DNA of 53,242 nt from Nemertoderma westbladi (taxonomy: Eukaryota > Animalia > Xenacoelomorpha), in assembly GCA_032718475.1 (NCBI GenBank), contig JAUCBJ010008945.1, positions 1 to 53,242 on the forward strand, given 5' to 3'. Under the pieces are notes generated by a model. That model worked only from the letters and a program-made list of their open reading frames with translations, ran no database searches and had not been told where the DNA came from. Below are positions 33,893 to 45,185 of the stretch, piece after piece; the stretch's first letter is position 1, and every line of letters starts with the position of its first letter. The position numbers and the translations under genes are program-made.

Positions 33893-36565
33893 TCATTGGA
33901 AACTTGTCCACTTGGTACTGATTACATCTTTAAGAAATTCCAAATCATCCTCATCATCTGATTCGTATTCTGTAGCATTATTCTGCTGTTTCGTCTTGTT
34001 TAATCTAATGTGAATTGGATGAACACGAATAACACGGGAACCATGTTGCACAAGAACGACTGATCCTTCTCTACCCAAAACATTTCCTGGTCCTTTCCAT
34101 CCAGTCTCAATACCAGCAACATCACGCCAATAATACACACTATCACCATTCTTGACAACAGGAGGACGTGATGGAACTCTTCGACGAAGTGCTGTTTTAA
34201 TTCTTTCTGAAGAATCTCCAGCAATATACGACTGTCTGGTTTCATGTAAACAGTTCAGTAAATCACGTATTTGCTTATCATTCGGCTCAGTTAGCGCTGG
34301 TAATTCAGCATCTATGATATTTGGTATTTGTGGATTGCGGCCAAATACTCGCTGTGAAGGAGAGAAACCTCCTGAATCCATAAGTGAGTTCTTTGCAAAT
34401 AACGCAAAATCTAAAATGACTGATGATGATAGTGAAATATTGCGTTCATCGTCAGCAATCTTGGACATGGTAACCTTTAATAATGCATTGTGCCTTTCAC
34501 AGCGACCATTACTGAAAGGAGAATATGCCGCAGTCCCACTCACATTAATTCCAAACTGTTCATACAATGCATAAAGTCTCTTGCTGGTAAACTCACCACC
34601 ATTATCTGAATAAATAATTTTTGGTGGTCCAAATATTTTAATCCAACAATGTGAAATAGCTGAAATTATGACATCATCATCTTTAGAGGTAACAAATGAA
34701 GCACCTGAATATCGTGTGGCATGATCAATCATATGCATTATAATATAAGTCTTGCTATTTCGCTTCCACTCTGTCAAATCGAGTGCCACTCTTTCATTAA
34801 ATCGTGTTGACGGTGTCATGGCGACACGTGGAACAGAAACAGGTTTAGAATTTTTATCACACACGTCACATGATTTAGATAGTTTCTCAATTGCAGCTTT
34901 TAATAGTTCTTGCTCATCAATTGACATTGATTCCTTCTGCATCACTGGTTTTATAGTTTGTATCAGTTTGTTGGAAGATGGATGCCCATAAGCACGATGA
35001 AGTTTATCTGCGACCTTAGAGGGATTACTTCTGAAATCACTTAAAGTCAGAAATACAGTTTCAATGTCGACTATATTATTATTATTCGGATCACCCATAT
35101 CTCTCGCTTTCACATCCATGAGGTGTACCAAAAGATGACCACGCGGGCAGCTTTTAAGCTTCAGCAACTTACCCTCCATAGTTGCAGAGTTTGACTTGAA
35201 GTTTATGGTAATGCCAAGTCTTTCCAAACTACTTCGACTGATCAAAAGTGGCGTATTCCCCCGAACAATATCAACAACCATTTGATATTGAACACCATTT
35301 ATGAAAACAGAAACGATTGCATTAAACATTGCTTTATGTTTTCCAACATTACCGAAATTATAAAATGTACTTGCCACATTTATTTGAGGTTTTAAACCAG
35401 CCTTTTCGTATAAAATATCTCTAAATTGATTGAACCACTGTTCACCACAGACCGTTTTTGTAGCAGCGGAATCCAAAATTCCATATTCTAAGTACGAATC
35501 AGCAACATCCACACCTATCTCAAAAATATCTTCAGCTTCACTAGAGAAAATTTGACCCACTGTCTGTTCGTCATGTGAAGTATAATTAGTACCTTGGTAA
35601 GTCTTTGACTGTCCTTGTGAAGGGCAGTCACGAACTAAATGGAATCGACTCTGACAACGATGACACTTGAGCACCTCGCCTGACTGAATATCTTTTGGAT
35701 TAAACCTGGGTGAACCTGTATTATGAGTGAAATGAGGTGAAAATGTATTTGAATTTCTCCTCCATCCAGTATAATTACCTCTGTTAATTTTGGAAAAATT
35801 TGAATAATTCGTTTCTCTCTTATTCTTATTCCATGTAGCAAATGCAACTTCTAAAATTTCGTCTTTTTCAGCCACAGACAAATCATTTAAATTCACAGGT
35901 AGTTCATCTAGAACTTCATTTGTACTAGTGAAATCAGTTGAACTCGCTTCCAAAGCATTTTCATCATTCGATGATGTTGCAATGTCATTTGCTGCATCGT
36001 TACCTGCATTTAACCGACGCAATGCAGCTTCTATATGAGTGTAACTCAACTGACCATTTGCACCAGCACTTGCTAGTGCAACTGAAAGAATAAGCATTCG
36101 CTGTTCTTTGTTGAGACTTGCCCCATCCAGCATCATAAAAGCAAACGTTGTTTCACTGACTTCAACTTTAAATGTTTTTGCTTCTGCACGCACACGACTA
36201 AATTGGGCACAGTACTCCTGGTATGAAATGATCTCTTTTTTCTTAAAGTTCTTCAATTCTTGCCATCGTTCATAACCACGCGTTTCTTCATCGTTCATGA
36301 ACACTCTATCCCATTCTGTTATCAAGCGTTGTAATCCGTCGTTAATATCCAATTCTGCATCATCAACAGCTAATGCGAGTGTACGTGCATCACCCTCAGG
36401 AAGACTAAGTATGACAGTGGATGCTTGATCGCATTTCTGAATTTTAGTGATTCGTCCCCACATTTTAAGCAGCCGGCGCCATTCCACATATTTGTTCTTT
36501 CCTGGAAATGCTGGGGGTATCGAATTACCAACTTTCGCAGGAGTTCGATTGTCATTATTATCCAT
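33893..36565 (-). CDS. Copia gag-protease-integrase
   Basis: GalEa-like gag start (YVEWRRLLKMW), zinc knuckle CHRCQSRFHLVRDC, protease ILDSAAT, integrase HHCC (KLHRAYGH...CDVC) and DDE (VALD, SDNGGEF, NGRCERHN). Confidence 0.93.
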   Translation of the reverse strand: MDNNDNRTPAKVGNSIPPAFPGKNKYVEWRRLLKMWGRITKIQKCDQASTVILSLPEGDARTLALAVDDAELDINDGLQRLITEWDRVFMNDEETRGYERWQELKNFKKKEIISYQEYCAQFSRVRAEAKTFKVEVSETTFAFMMLDGASLNKEQRMLILSVALASAGANGQLSYTHIEAALRRLNAGNDAANDIATSSNDENALEASSTDFTSTNEVLDELPVNLNDLSVAEKDEILEVAFATWNKNKRETNYSNFSKINRGNYTGWRRNSNTFSPHFTHNTGSPRFNPKDIQSGEVLKCHRCQSRFHLVRDCPSQGQSKTYQGTNYTSHDEQTVGQIFSSEAEDIFEIGVDVADSYLEYGILDSAATKTVCGEQWFNQFRDILYEKAGLKPQINVASTFYNFGNVGKHKAMFNAIVSVFINGVQYQMVVDIVRGNTPLLISRSSLERLGITINFKSNSATMEGKLLKLKSCPRGHLLVHLMDVKARDMGDPNNNNIVDIETVFLTLSDFRSNPSKVADKLHRAYGHPSSNKLIQTIKPVMQKESMSIDEQELLKAAIEKLSKSCDVCDKNSKPVSVPRVAMTPSTRFNERVALDLTEWKRNSKTYIIMHMIDHATRYSGASFVTSKDDDVIISAISHCWIKIFGPPKIIYSDNGGEFTSKRLYALYEQFGINVSGTAAYSPFSNGRCERHNALLKVTMSKIADDERNISLSSSVILDFALFAKNSLMDSGGFSPSQRVFGRNPQIPNIIDAELPALTEPNDKQIRDLLNCLHETRQSYIAGDSSERIKTALRRRVPSRPPVVKNGDSVYYWRDVAGIETGWKGPGNVLGREGSVVLVQHGSRVIRVHPIHIRLNKTKQQNNATEYESDDEDDLEFLKDVISTKWTSFQ

Positions 36566-36702
36566 CTCACAACAACAACAAAGTCACTATATCAATTTGA
36601 ATTTAAAAACTCGATCAACGAAAAAAAAAAAAACAACATCAAAAACGCAAAGAATTAAACTACATTCATATTAAATTAAGCTACGTTCATATTACTAATA
36701 TT

Positions 36703-36714
36703 GCTCTGCTACCA
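36703..36714 (-). promoter_or_regulatory. Primer binding site complementary to the 3' end of initiator tRNA-Met
   Basis: TGGTAGCAGAGC immediately after the 5' LTR on the minus strand. Confidence 0.93.
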
Positions 36715-36876
36715 TGTAATATCGGTATAAACTACAATCAATTAACCTTTTACACAATCAACTAAAGACAAGATAACATAGAAAGTACATACATAAATAG
36801 TGCTTACTATAACAGCTGTTAAGGTTATCAGCTGGTAGACATAACTAGGTAATAGAGTTTTCATAGAGTTATGACA
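36715..36876 (-). repeat. 5' LTR of the copia element
   Basis: Direct repeat of 31843-32004. Confidence 0.97.
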
Positions 36877-37829
36877 GTTACTAACGAAAGTATCTGTTTC
36901 AAATGGTTTACATTGGTGAAATTAAAAAAAGCTGTTCTGGGTGAGTGTGTATCACACACTACTTTACTTAGATTGATTACTAAATTATAATGAACTGGAT
37001 AATTAGAAATGCTATGAAAAGCTTTCTCGTCTATATGTGCGTGCACCAATTAAAAAATTATATTACGTTAGTTCGCCGAGTACACTAAACGGAAAGGGCA
37101 CAAATTAACCGCAAGTGACAATTAATTGTGACCTCTAGTGAAATAATGTTTCGTATATAATTTTGGTTAGAAAACATCACCACTTTAACATGATCCTTTC
37201 CCTTAATGTTTTAAATTAATTAAATTAATTTTTTAAACCCATTAAACATATAATTGGGGATGGCTGTCATTTCGCGCCATTAACTGGCATTGAGTAAAAG
37301 TTAAAACTGAAGATGGAAATAAATTCGATGCTGCTGTTACTGTATGAAACTGCCTCAGGAATATCAGCAGTAACTATAAAAGATGAGTTTACGATATTTT
37401 TTTAGATTTCACCAACCCACGCATTAGTCGTTAGAGCAAATTTGTGTGGGTGTTTGGAAAGTTAATTTCCTGGAGGTGAGAATCGCACCTGCGTGCCTTT
37501 CCTGAAAAACTATAAAACGGTGTAAAATACCGCTGGTATAGCAACTTGGGTTAAAAATAGTTCCTCTCTGTTAAATGCACAAAAGGAGTAGGTCAGAAAA
37601 ATAAATAAATCGGTAATTGAGGTCGAATCATTTTATTTGAATTATTTGACTGGTTAAAATTACAGTACAGTACTGTAGTACAGGACATGCATTATATTTA
37701 TTAGGTGGGTATACTGTATTTATGTCATGTCTTATATAATCTAGCACATTACCTTGCAGTATTAGAGAGAGAGGTCAAGTGTAATACTATAAAATACGAA
37801 AATTTGATTATTTAATTAAAAGAAAGGCT

Positions 37830-38898
37830 TTTATTAGGAGCCCGCTTGACAGCGGGATACTTACTGTAAGAATCTCAGGGATACTTTCTGTAAAAAATCT
37901 CAGGATACATTACACTGACTGACATACTGACTGACTGACATTTATCTAGGTTAAGGCACTTCCTGCCTGGCGATTTTGATGAAATTTTGCAAGTACATTG
38001 CTTTGGTGGTTCATAATCGCGTTACAAAATTTCAGATCAATTCTATGTGTGGTATTCGATATATTTAGTTTTTTGACATTGTTTTGTCGCGAAATTAAAA
38101 GCAATGGTAAAATAACAGCTGGTGTTCATGATGAAATATGGCTTAATATGTTATACACAGTCATAGAAAAACGTGTTGGTTGCCAAGTTTTACTAGTAGG
38201 CTATAAGGAAAGGCAATGTTTACTCACACATAAGCTGTTGGTTTCTAATGTATTACCCCATAAGCTGATTGCTCTCCCAGTGCTTCCTAAGGGTATATCT
38301 ACAATAAGGTTACTCACTCTGCTATGTTAGGGGGTGGATCAGGAGAATGAATTTTAGTTACACAAAGCAGTGTGTTGTGTCCTATTGCAGTCGATACTCA
38401 CTGTGGATTGCAAAATGTTTTATAGTTGATACATAGTATAGATAATACAGTAGTTGCATGTATTTAAGGAGCCCGCTCTGGCCTACCGCCTAAGGAGTAC
38501 CTATATTACATATTCACATAGAATTCACTGGGAAGAGATATTCCGCTTGACGACGGGGTAATACCTATAGAAGGAAACTAAATTTGTTATTTGGCTCTAT
38601 TCGTTGTTATTTATCTGGTTGTGCATCATGGGCATTTTTTATAAATATTCGGTAATCGCATCTTATATCTTGTAAACGTTCTTGATAATGAAATTATTTG
38701 CTTCATATTATATTTTTGTTAGTGGTAGCTAAGTTGCATTTTTTATTATGTGGGGCGAGCCACAAAGTCAGCTAGCCTCACGCCTTGCAGTTTAGACAAT
38801 TTTAGTTTACTTACTGCTGACTGACATAGTTCTTTGTAATAGTCTTGGCTAGGATTTTTCCCCCGGGCTCCTTCCAGCCAGCTTGCTGGCTTTCTAGT
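37830..38898 (+). mobile_element. Helentron-associated non-autonomous element (HINE/DINE-1-like), possibly composite
   Basis: T-rich start, subTIR AGGAGCCCG (37836) with a nearby partial inverse, (CTGA)n microsatellite at about 37914-37940, 3' subTIR CGGGCTCCT (about 38864), then hairpin AGCCAGC-TT-GCTGGCT and CTAGT. A second AAGGAGCCCG lies at about 38466. Confidence 0.65.
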
Positions 38899-40469
38899 TT
38901 CTTAAAAAATAATGATTGATTTAATTATTGATGGTTAGCAAATGTAGGCCTAGTATATACAGATGGCCAACGAAATGTTAAACATCGCATTCTCGAGCCA
39001 ATACAATACTGTAGTTAAGGCGGAACCGTCTGACCTACTTTCATCAGTGTGTTAATTAAAAAAAATAATTTAATACTACTGGCAATCTATTCTGATCTTG
39101 ACGATCAGTATTGTCGGCGTATTGCAACAAATTGACAAGCAACTTTATTTACTTCCATCTAATAAAGTTAAATATCCGGCAAACGCCTCCCGAATATCCA
39201 ATCCGACCAGATATAAAGCCGTATTCTCCAGAGAACCCAAATGATATTAATTAATCCCGGGCACAACAAACTGTTGACCCCTGGTAATATAAGGTAACGC
39301 AGATTTGACTTAACTACGAGTAAGTCTGCACTGTGGAAATTTATTCCGATGTGTTACGGAATGTTGCTGAGCCTGATGACCGTTGACTGTTAGCCACCCT
39401 AGTTTATTTATTTGTTAGAATGCTCTTAGGTCAGTAGGTACGCCTAATAAATAATGAATTAACAAACTTAAATACAATATTTATAGATCAATGATAACAA
39501 TTGTGTAATAATTTTAAAAAAACACAGTAATAGATATTTGGGATTTTATTTTTGCACTTCCTTCAAATATTTTCTTATATGTATTCTATAGAAGTTATAC
39601 GTTATTTTATTTATAATGCCAATTTCTACATAATTTAGCAGGGCGAGCAAGCTTAGCATACAGGCTATTTCAACCGTTGTCTGTCGGTCGGACTGTCTGT
39701 CTGTCAGACTGTTTGTCTGTCTGAGTATCGGCTAATGATTGACTGAGTTGAATATCCCCATTCAATCTTTAAAATAGCATTTGCGTAGGGGGAATCAGCA
39801 GTTCTCCAGTCTGGCGCTAGAGGGTGAAATGTCTGAAAGCGAAATCGTCCCCCAATTCGTTGTTATAATGCGTTAAAGCGTGCTGCGCGATGGTCCCACA
39901 ACGTGTATGTTTCGTCAAACATTCCAAATCTCATTTGTTTCAGGGTAATTATGGAAATACCCTCAGGAGCCAAGACGCTTTGTTTTTCAATTGGATCAAC
40001 CATTGTTAAGTAATTTACAGTTGATTGGTATGTATCAGTTTCATCGGATACTCACCATAGAGATTCACGAGTTCTATTTTATTGCTGCAATTCCAGTTAC
40101 AAGTTGATTTTATGACGTTCATCTGTTAAGTTAATGGCCCATAACTTTCAGTTTGCGTGATTATATTACTTAAAGTTTGGCGTAACTTTAAATTACTCAG
40201 TCAGAGGAAGGCACATTTTAACACTTTGTAAAAATGTTACATTTGGAACAAAAATTTCCATGCATGCATGTATATGAAGAATAACAGGCTCTTAACTTTC
40301 GTTTGAAGTTGCATTATTTTTTTATTTAAGTTTTGAAGCACTTAATTCGTTCTTATACTGTATTACATCATTAAACTAAACAAAACTATATTCATTACAT
40401 AGAATTACTCCTTTTGTACACAATTTATTGTAAACATACAATAACTTACTGAGATACATATCTAAAATA

Positions 40470-40685
40470 ATGGATATATTACGATTGGTAATCAAGATCT
40501 TCACGTTGGTGTTACTGTTGCAAACTCTGGAGGTAGACGTTGCTGAGTGTAGGTTGACTAGGAGACCAACTATAATCATCAGACGACAGCCTCCGTTCAG
40601 CAAATTCTTTAATGCGAACCAACGGATCAAGAAATGGGACCTCTTCCACCCCGATTGGAAGCGATCAGTCCATGAATCCAACTGA
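40470..40685 (+). CDS. Putative small secreted cationic peptide precursor (71 aa)
   Basis: Signal-like MDILRLVIKIFTLVLLLQTLEVDVAEC, an Arg/Pro-rich mature region, and a KR site before a short tail. It forms a GC-richer island in AT-rich flanks. Confidence 0.55.
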   Translation: MDILRLVIKIFTLVLLLQTLEVDVAECRLTRRPTIIIRRQPPFSKFFNANQRIKKWDLFHPDWKRSVHESN

Positions 40686-41439
40686 ACTCCAACAAGATAG
40701 ACTGCAATCATATCAACTCAACAGCTAACTGTTTACAAAATAACCAACGAATATTACTAATTGACAGTATTATAACTTTTATTGTTATTTAGAACATCAA
40801 GCAAGGACGACACACTTGTTTTTTATATTATTTGAACTTCCCTAGTCCAATCGTATTCATACTGCCAATATTTTAATCGAACCTCGATTTTCTAAAAATT
40901 GATTTATGTCAAAAACTGCTTAAAAATAGCTAGTAAAAACATATCTTTAATAAAAGAGATACACAATCCCAATCGGGGAAAATTTAAATTTCTTTTTAGA
41001 AATAAAACAAATATATTTAAAATTCAAAAATATTTTTTAACTTCTTACAACACTTTTTAAAAACATCTTTCACATAATGGGACTTTTTAGGGGCTACTAA
41101 TAAATTATACCTCATGGACAAGAACTAACATTTTTCACATTATAAAATTATGATTGTTATGATTGTTATGATTATGACATTATGATATTTTGTATTGTTG
41201 CATTCATTCTACCACATTGCATAAAGTAAAGTTTTGGTGCGAGAGACGAAGAAAACGAGATTAGCACACGGGTACCGCTATCAATTGCAAACATTGTCTG
41301 TCGGTAAATATTTAACCTTATATCTGCCAGTGTTCACAAATGGGACAATTTTTTAAGATTTTTATTTAAATAATATTAATATTTAAAGTCTTTGAAGGAT
41401 GAATACGGAGCCCCAAAGGGGCATGAAAAAATATTTTTT

Positions 41440-43265
41440 GCTAAGTTGTGCGAACGACTTACTAAGTCGTGTGAAAGACTTATCTAACTCGTGCGAACGA
41501 CATACTAAGTCGTGTGAACGACTTATCTAACTCGTGCGAACGACTTACTAAGTCATGTGAACGTCTTACTAAGTCGTGTGAACGACTTATCTAACTCATG
41601 CCAACAACTTACTAAGTTGTGCGAACGAAATACTAAGTCGTGTGAACGACTTATCAAACTCGTGCGAACGACTTACTAAGTCGTGTGAACGACTTATCAA
41701 ACTCGTGCGAACGACTTACTATGTCATGTGAACGTCTTACTAAGTCGTGTGAACGACTTATCAAACTCGTGCGAACGACTTACTATGTCATGTGAACGTC
41801 TTACTAAGTCGTGTGAACGACTTATCTAACTCGTGCGAACGACTTACTATGTCATGTGAACGTCTTACTAAGTCGTGTGAACGACTTATCTAACTCATGC
41901 CAACAACTTACTACGTTGTGCGAACGAAATACTAAGTCGTGTGAACGACTTATCAAACTCGTGCGAACGACTTACTAAGTCATGTGAACGTCTTACTAAG
42001 TCGTGTGAACGACTTATCTAACTCGTGCGAACGACTTACTAAGTCATGTGAACGTCTTACTAAGTCGTGTGAACGACTTATCTAACTCATGCCAACAACT
42101 TACTACGTTGTGCGCACGAAATACTAAGTCGTGTGAACGACTTATCAAACTCGTGCGAACGACTTACTAAGTCATGTGAACGTCTTACTAAGTCGTGTGA
42201 ACGTCTTACTAAGTCGTATGAACGACTTACTAAGTCATGTGAACGTCTTACTAAGTCGTGTGAACGACTTATCTAACTCATGCCAACAACTTACTACGTT
42301 GTGCGAACGAAATACTAAGTCGTGTGAACGACTTATCAAACTCGTGCGAACGACTTACTAAGTCATGTGAACGTCTTACTAAGTCGTGTGAACGACTTAT
42401 CTAACTCGTGCGAACGACTTACTAAGTCATGTGAACGTCTTACTAAGTCGTGTGAACGACTTATCTAACTCATGCCAACAACTTACTACGTTGTGCGAAC
42501 GAAAGACTAAGTCGTGTGAACGACTTATCAAACTCGTGCGAACGACTTACTAAGTCATGTGAACGTCTTACTAAGTCGTGTGAACGACTTATCTAACTCG
42601 TGCGAACGACTTAATAAGTCATGTGAACGTCTTACTAAGTCGTGTGAACGACTTATCTAACTCATGCCAACAACTTACTAAGTTGTGCGAACGAAATACT
42701 AAGTCGTGTGAACGACTTATCAAACTCGTGCGAACGACTTACTAAGTCATGTGAACGTCTTACTAAGTCCTGCGAACGACTTACCAAGTCGTGTGAACGT
42801 CTTACTAAGTCGTGCGTACGACTTACCAAGTCGTGTGAACGTCTTACTAAGTCGTGTGAACCGACTTATCTAACTCGTGCGAACGACTTACTAAGTCATG
42901 TGAACGTCTTACTAAGTCGTGTGAACGATTTATCTAACTCATGCCAACAACTTACTACGTTGTGCGAACGAAAGACTAAGTCGACTTATCAAACTCGTGC
43001 GAACGACTTACTAAGTCATGTGAACGTCTTACTAAGTCGTGTGAACGACTTATCTAACTCGTGCGAACGACTTACTAAGTCATGTGAACGTCTTACTAAG
43101 TCCTGCGAACGACTTACCAAGTCGTGTGAACGTCTTACTAAGTCGTGTGAACCGACTTATCTAACTCGTGCGAACGACTTACTAAGTCATGTGAACGTCT
43201 TACTAAGTCGTGTGAACGACTTATCAAACTCGTGCCAACAACTTACTAAGTCGTGCGAAAGACTT
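41440..43265. repeat. 21/22-bp tandem satellite, about 85 units, with higher-order structure; probably internal to a DNA transposon starting near 41404
   Basis: Units ACTTACTAAGTCGTGTGAACG and ACTTATCTAACTCGTGCGAACG with recurring variants. It is preceded by TACGGAGCCCC.AAGGGGCATG, and an isolated partly inverted unit lies at about 43612-43632. Confidence 0.95.
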
Positions 43266-44169
43266 AAATAATTATAGGTCCTACTTAGATTGGATAAACA
43301 TTACTTGTAATAAAAAATAAAATTAGTGGGTTTTTCAACTAAATGTACAATACTGTAGTTGAAACTCAATAACGGCTAACTCAAGTCGGTCTGAAGTACT
43401 CTAGTCTGCCACTACAGTAGAGCGTGAAATATCCGAAAGGGAAGTCTTTGAACCATTCCGTTATTTATGATCCGTTCAAGCAAGCTGAAACTTGTCAGAT
43501 ATGTGCTAATCCATCCTGTGTCGTTGTGAGGGTCGGTAATCGGTTTTCAGTTCTGCATGTGACGTGCTGCACGAAGGCCCCACTTCGTATATGTATAATA
43601 ACGTATCGTTATGTCGTTCGCACGACTTACTAACAAATTCGCGTCAATTTCCCATGGAGATCGATTAATTCCGATTAATTCGGTAGGAGTAGACAAATCA
43701 TATTTGGATGGGCAGTTTTTTTTTATTTGGATTCTTTTTTTTAAGTCACAAAGCTTACGTATATAATTAGAATAATATTCAAATGAAGCAATGTTATGAT
43801 GTCGGACTGGAAACTGGACTGGCACTGGAATTATACTTCTCAACAGCTCAGTACATGGAATGGTTCAACTATTAGTTGACTATACCATTCGGTTGGATAT
43901 AAGCAGCGACCGACTGCAGTGGTTTACACTAATTAATTTAGGACGATCTTGAATACGGGGGAAAATATTTAAATTCAAATATTCAAATTGATATAAATAA
44001 ATAAAATAAGAATTAAAATCAGCTGACAAAGTGCAGCAGCCCTATACACTCAACCATCCCCTAATATGCTCGCTTTCACTCAACGAGATAGTGACACCGG
44101 AATCAATTAATTATAATTAAAAATTCCGAAGTTTTTCGATTAAAAGTTGTGGTTTCCGGAAGGTTTCAA

Positions 44170-45185
44170 ATTTTGTGGAAGCCTGCCCATGACATTTGCT
44201 AGATCATTCAGCGCCAGTGTACTAAGATGCGTCTCAAGAAAGTCATGGGCTGTCCACCATGCTTATTCACTCCATGAGGCCGCCAAGTACACGATTATGC
44301 ACTGGCTGGTTCTCACGGCGAAAGCAATGTCCTGCAAAGAGAAACTTTGAGGCTCCGTTAAATTCTAGGGAAATTCCAAATCCTGGAAAGACTATTTAAC
44401 GCTGCACATGCCTCCCCCTTACGTATCCGAGGTCGGACCTGACTTTCTGATCCATGATCCCAAGTAGCAGAAGTCATTCACGTGCTCAATCAAACCATCC
44501 TTAGAGTGTATGCTGTCTAGGATGACTGTCATGATTTTGGTCTTCTTTGAGTTTACAAAAAGACAAAAAGACCAACACTAGAACCAACCTTCTCCAATGA
44601 GCAGAGGAGCTTTTGGGCTCCCTCTAGTGATTCTGACGTACCCCTAAGTCTCAGCAAAGTCTAGATCAGTAAGGTACATTGCAGGATATCCTCTACTTGT
44701 GCCAGTAGGGGGCGTTACCATCACCCTACCCTTATTTAGATGATCTAAGCATAACATACATAATTACCCACAATTACGAATAAGAATGGGGCAAGTGTGA
44801 ATCTCTGATGGACTCCCCATAAGACTTCGAATGGATCTGTGTCACCATCAGCAGTCGACACAAATGTGGTGGAACCATCACAATTGTAACAGTCTCTCAA
44901 CATGATCCCTGATATAATTCGTTATATAAAGCCTTAATATAATTCTGTTGAATAGCTTTGCAACAATCGAGATTAACGAGAGGCTGGGACCAACTTATTT
45001 GTTTTCATTTCTTTGTCCTATACATGTCCACAATAATGTGGTGAATGAGCTCCAACAAAGACCTCAGGGGGCACGCCTTCTACTCCACTGGCACGATTGG
45101 TCTTGATGCTCTTTCCTGCAGTCTTGATTTCAGCAAAGTAGATGCCAATAATAATGGGGAAATCTGTGTGCACTGATATCTGCAA
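44170..45185 (-). mobile_element. Decayed RTE-type LINE fragment, inverted relative to the downstream copy
   Basis: The reverse complement matches about 47450-48970 with deletions, e.g. TAAGATGCGTCTCAAGAAAGTCATGGGCTGTCCACCATGCTTATTCACTCCATGAGGC. It encodes the relic KSIKTNRASGVEGVPPEVF. Confidence 0.9.

Larger units (their letters stand above)
31843..36876 (-). mobile_element. Full-length Ty1/copia LTR retrotransposon, GalEa-like clade, recently inserted
   Basis: 162-bp LTRs, identical by eye, with TG...CA ends; 5-bp TSD GTTAC (31838-31842 and 36877-36881); PBS TGGTAGCAGAGC; domain order gag-PR-IN-RT-RH; RT motif HVDD. Confidence 0.97.

Noticed and set aside
41440-43265. CRISPR-like appearance of regularly spaced palindromic repeats, and the ORFs at 42176 and 42708
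   Set aside because: Units are contiguous with no unique spacers, there are no cas genes, and the context is eukaryotic. The ORFs are by-products of the repeat.
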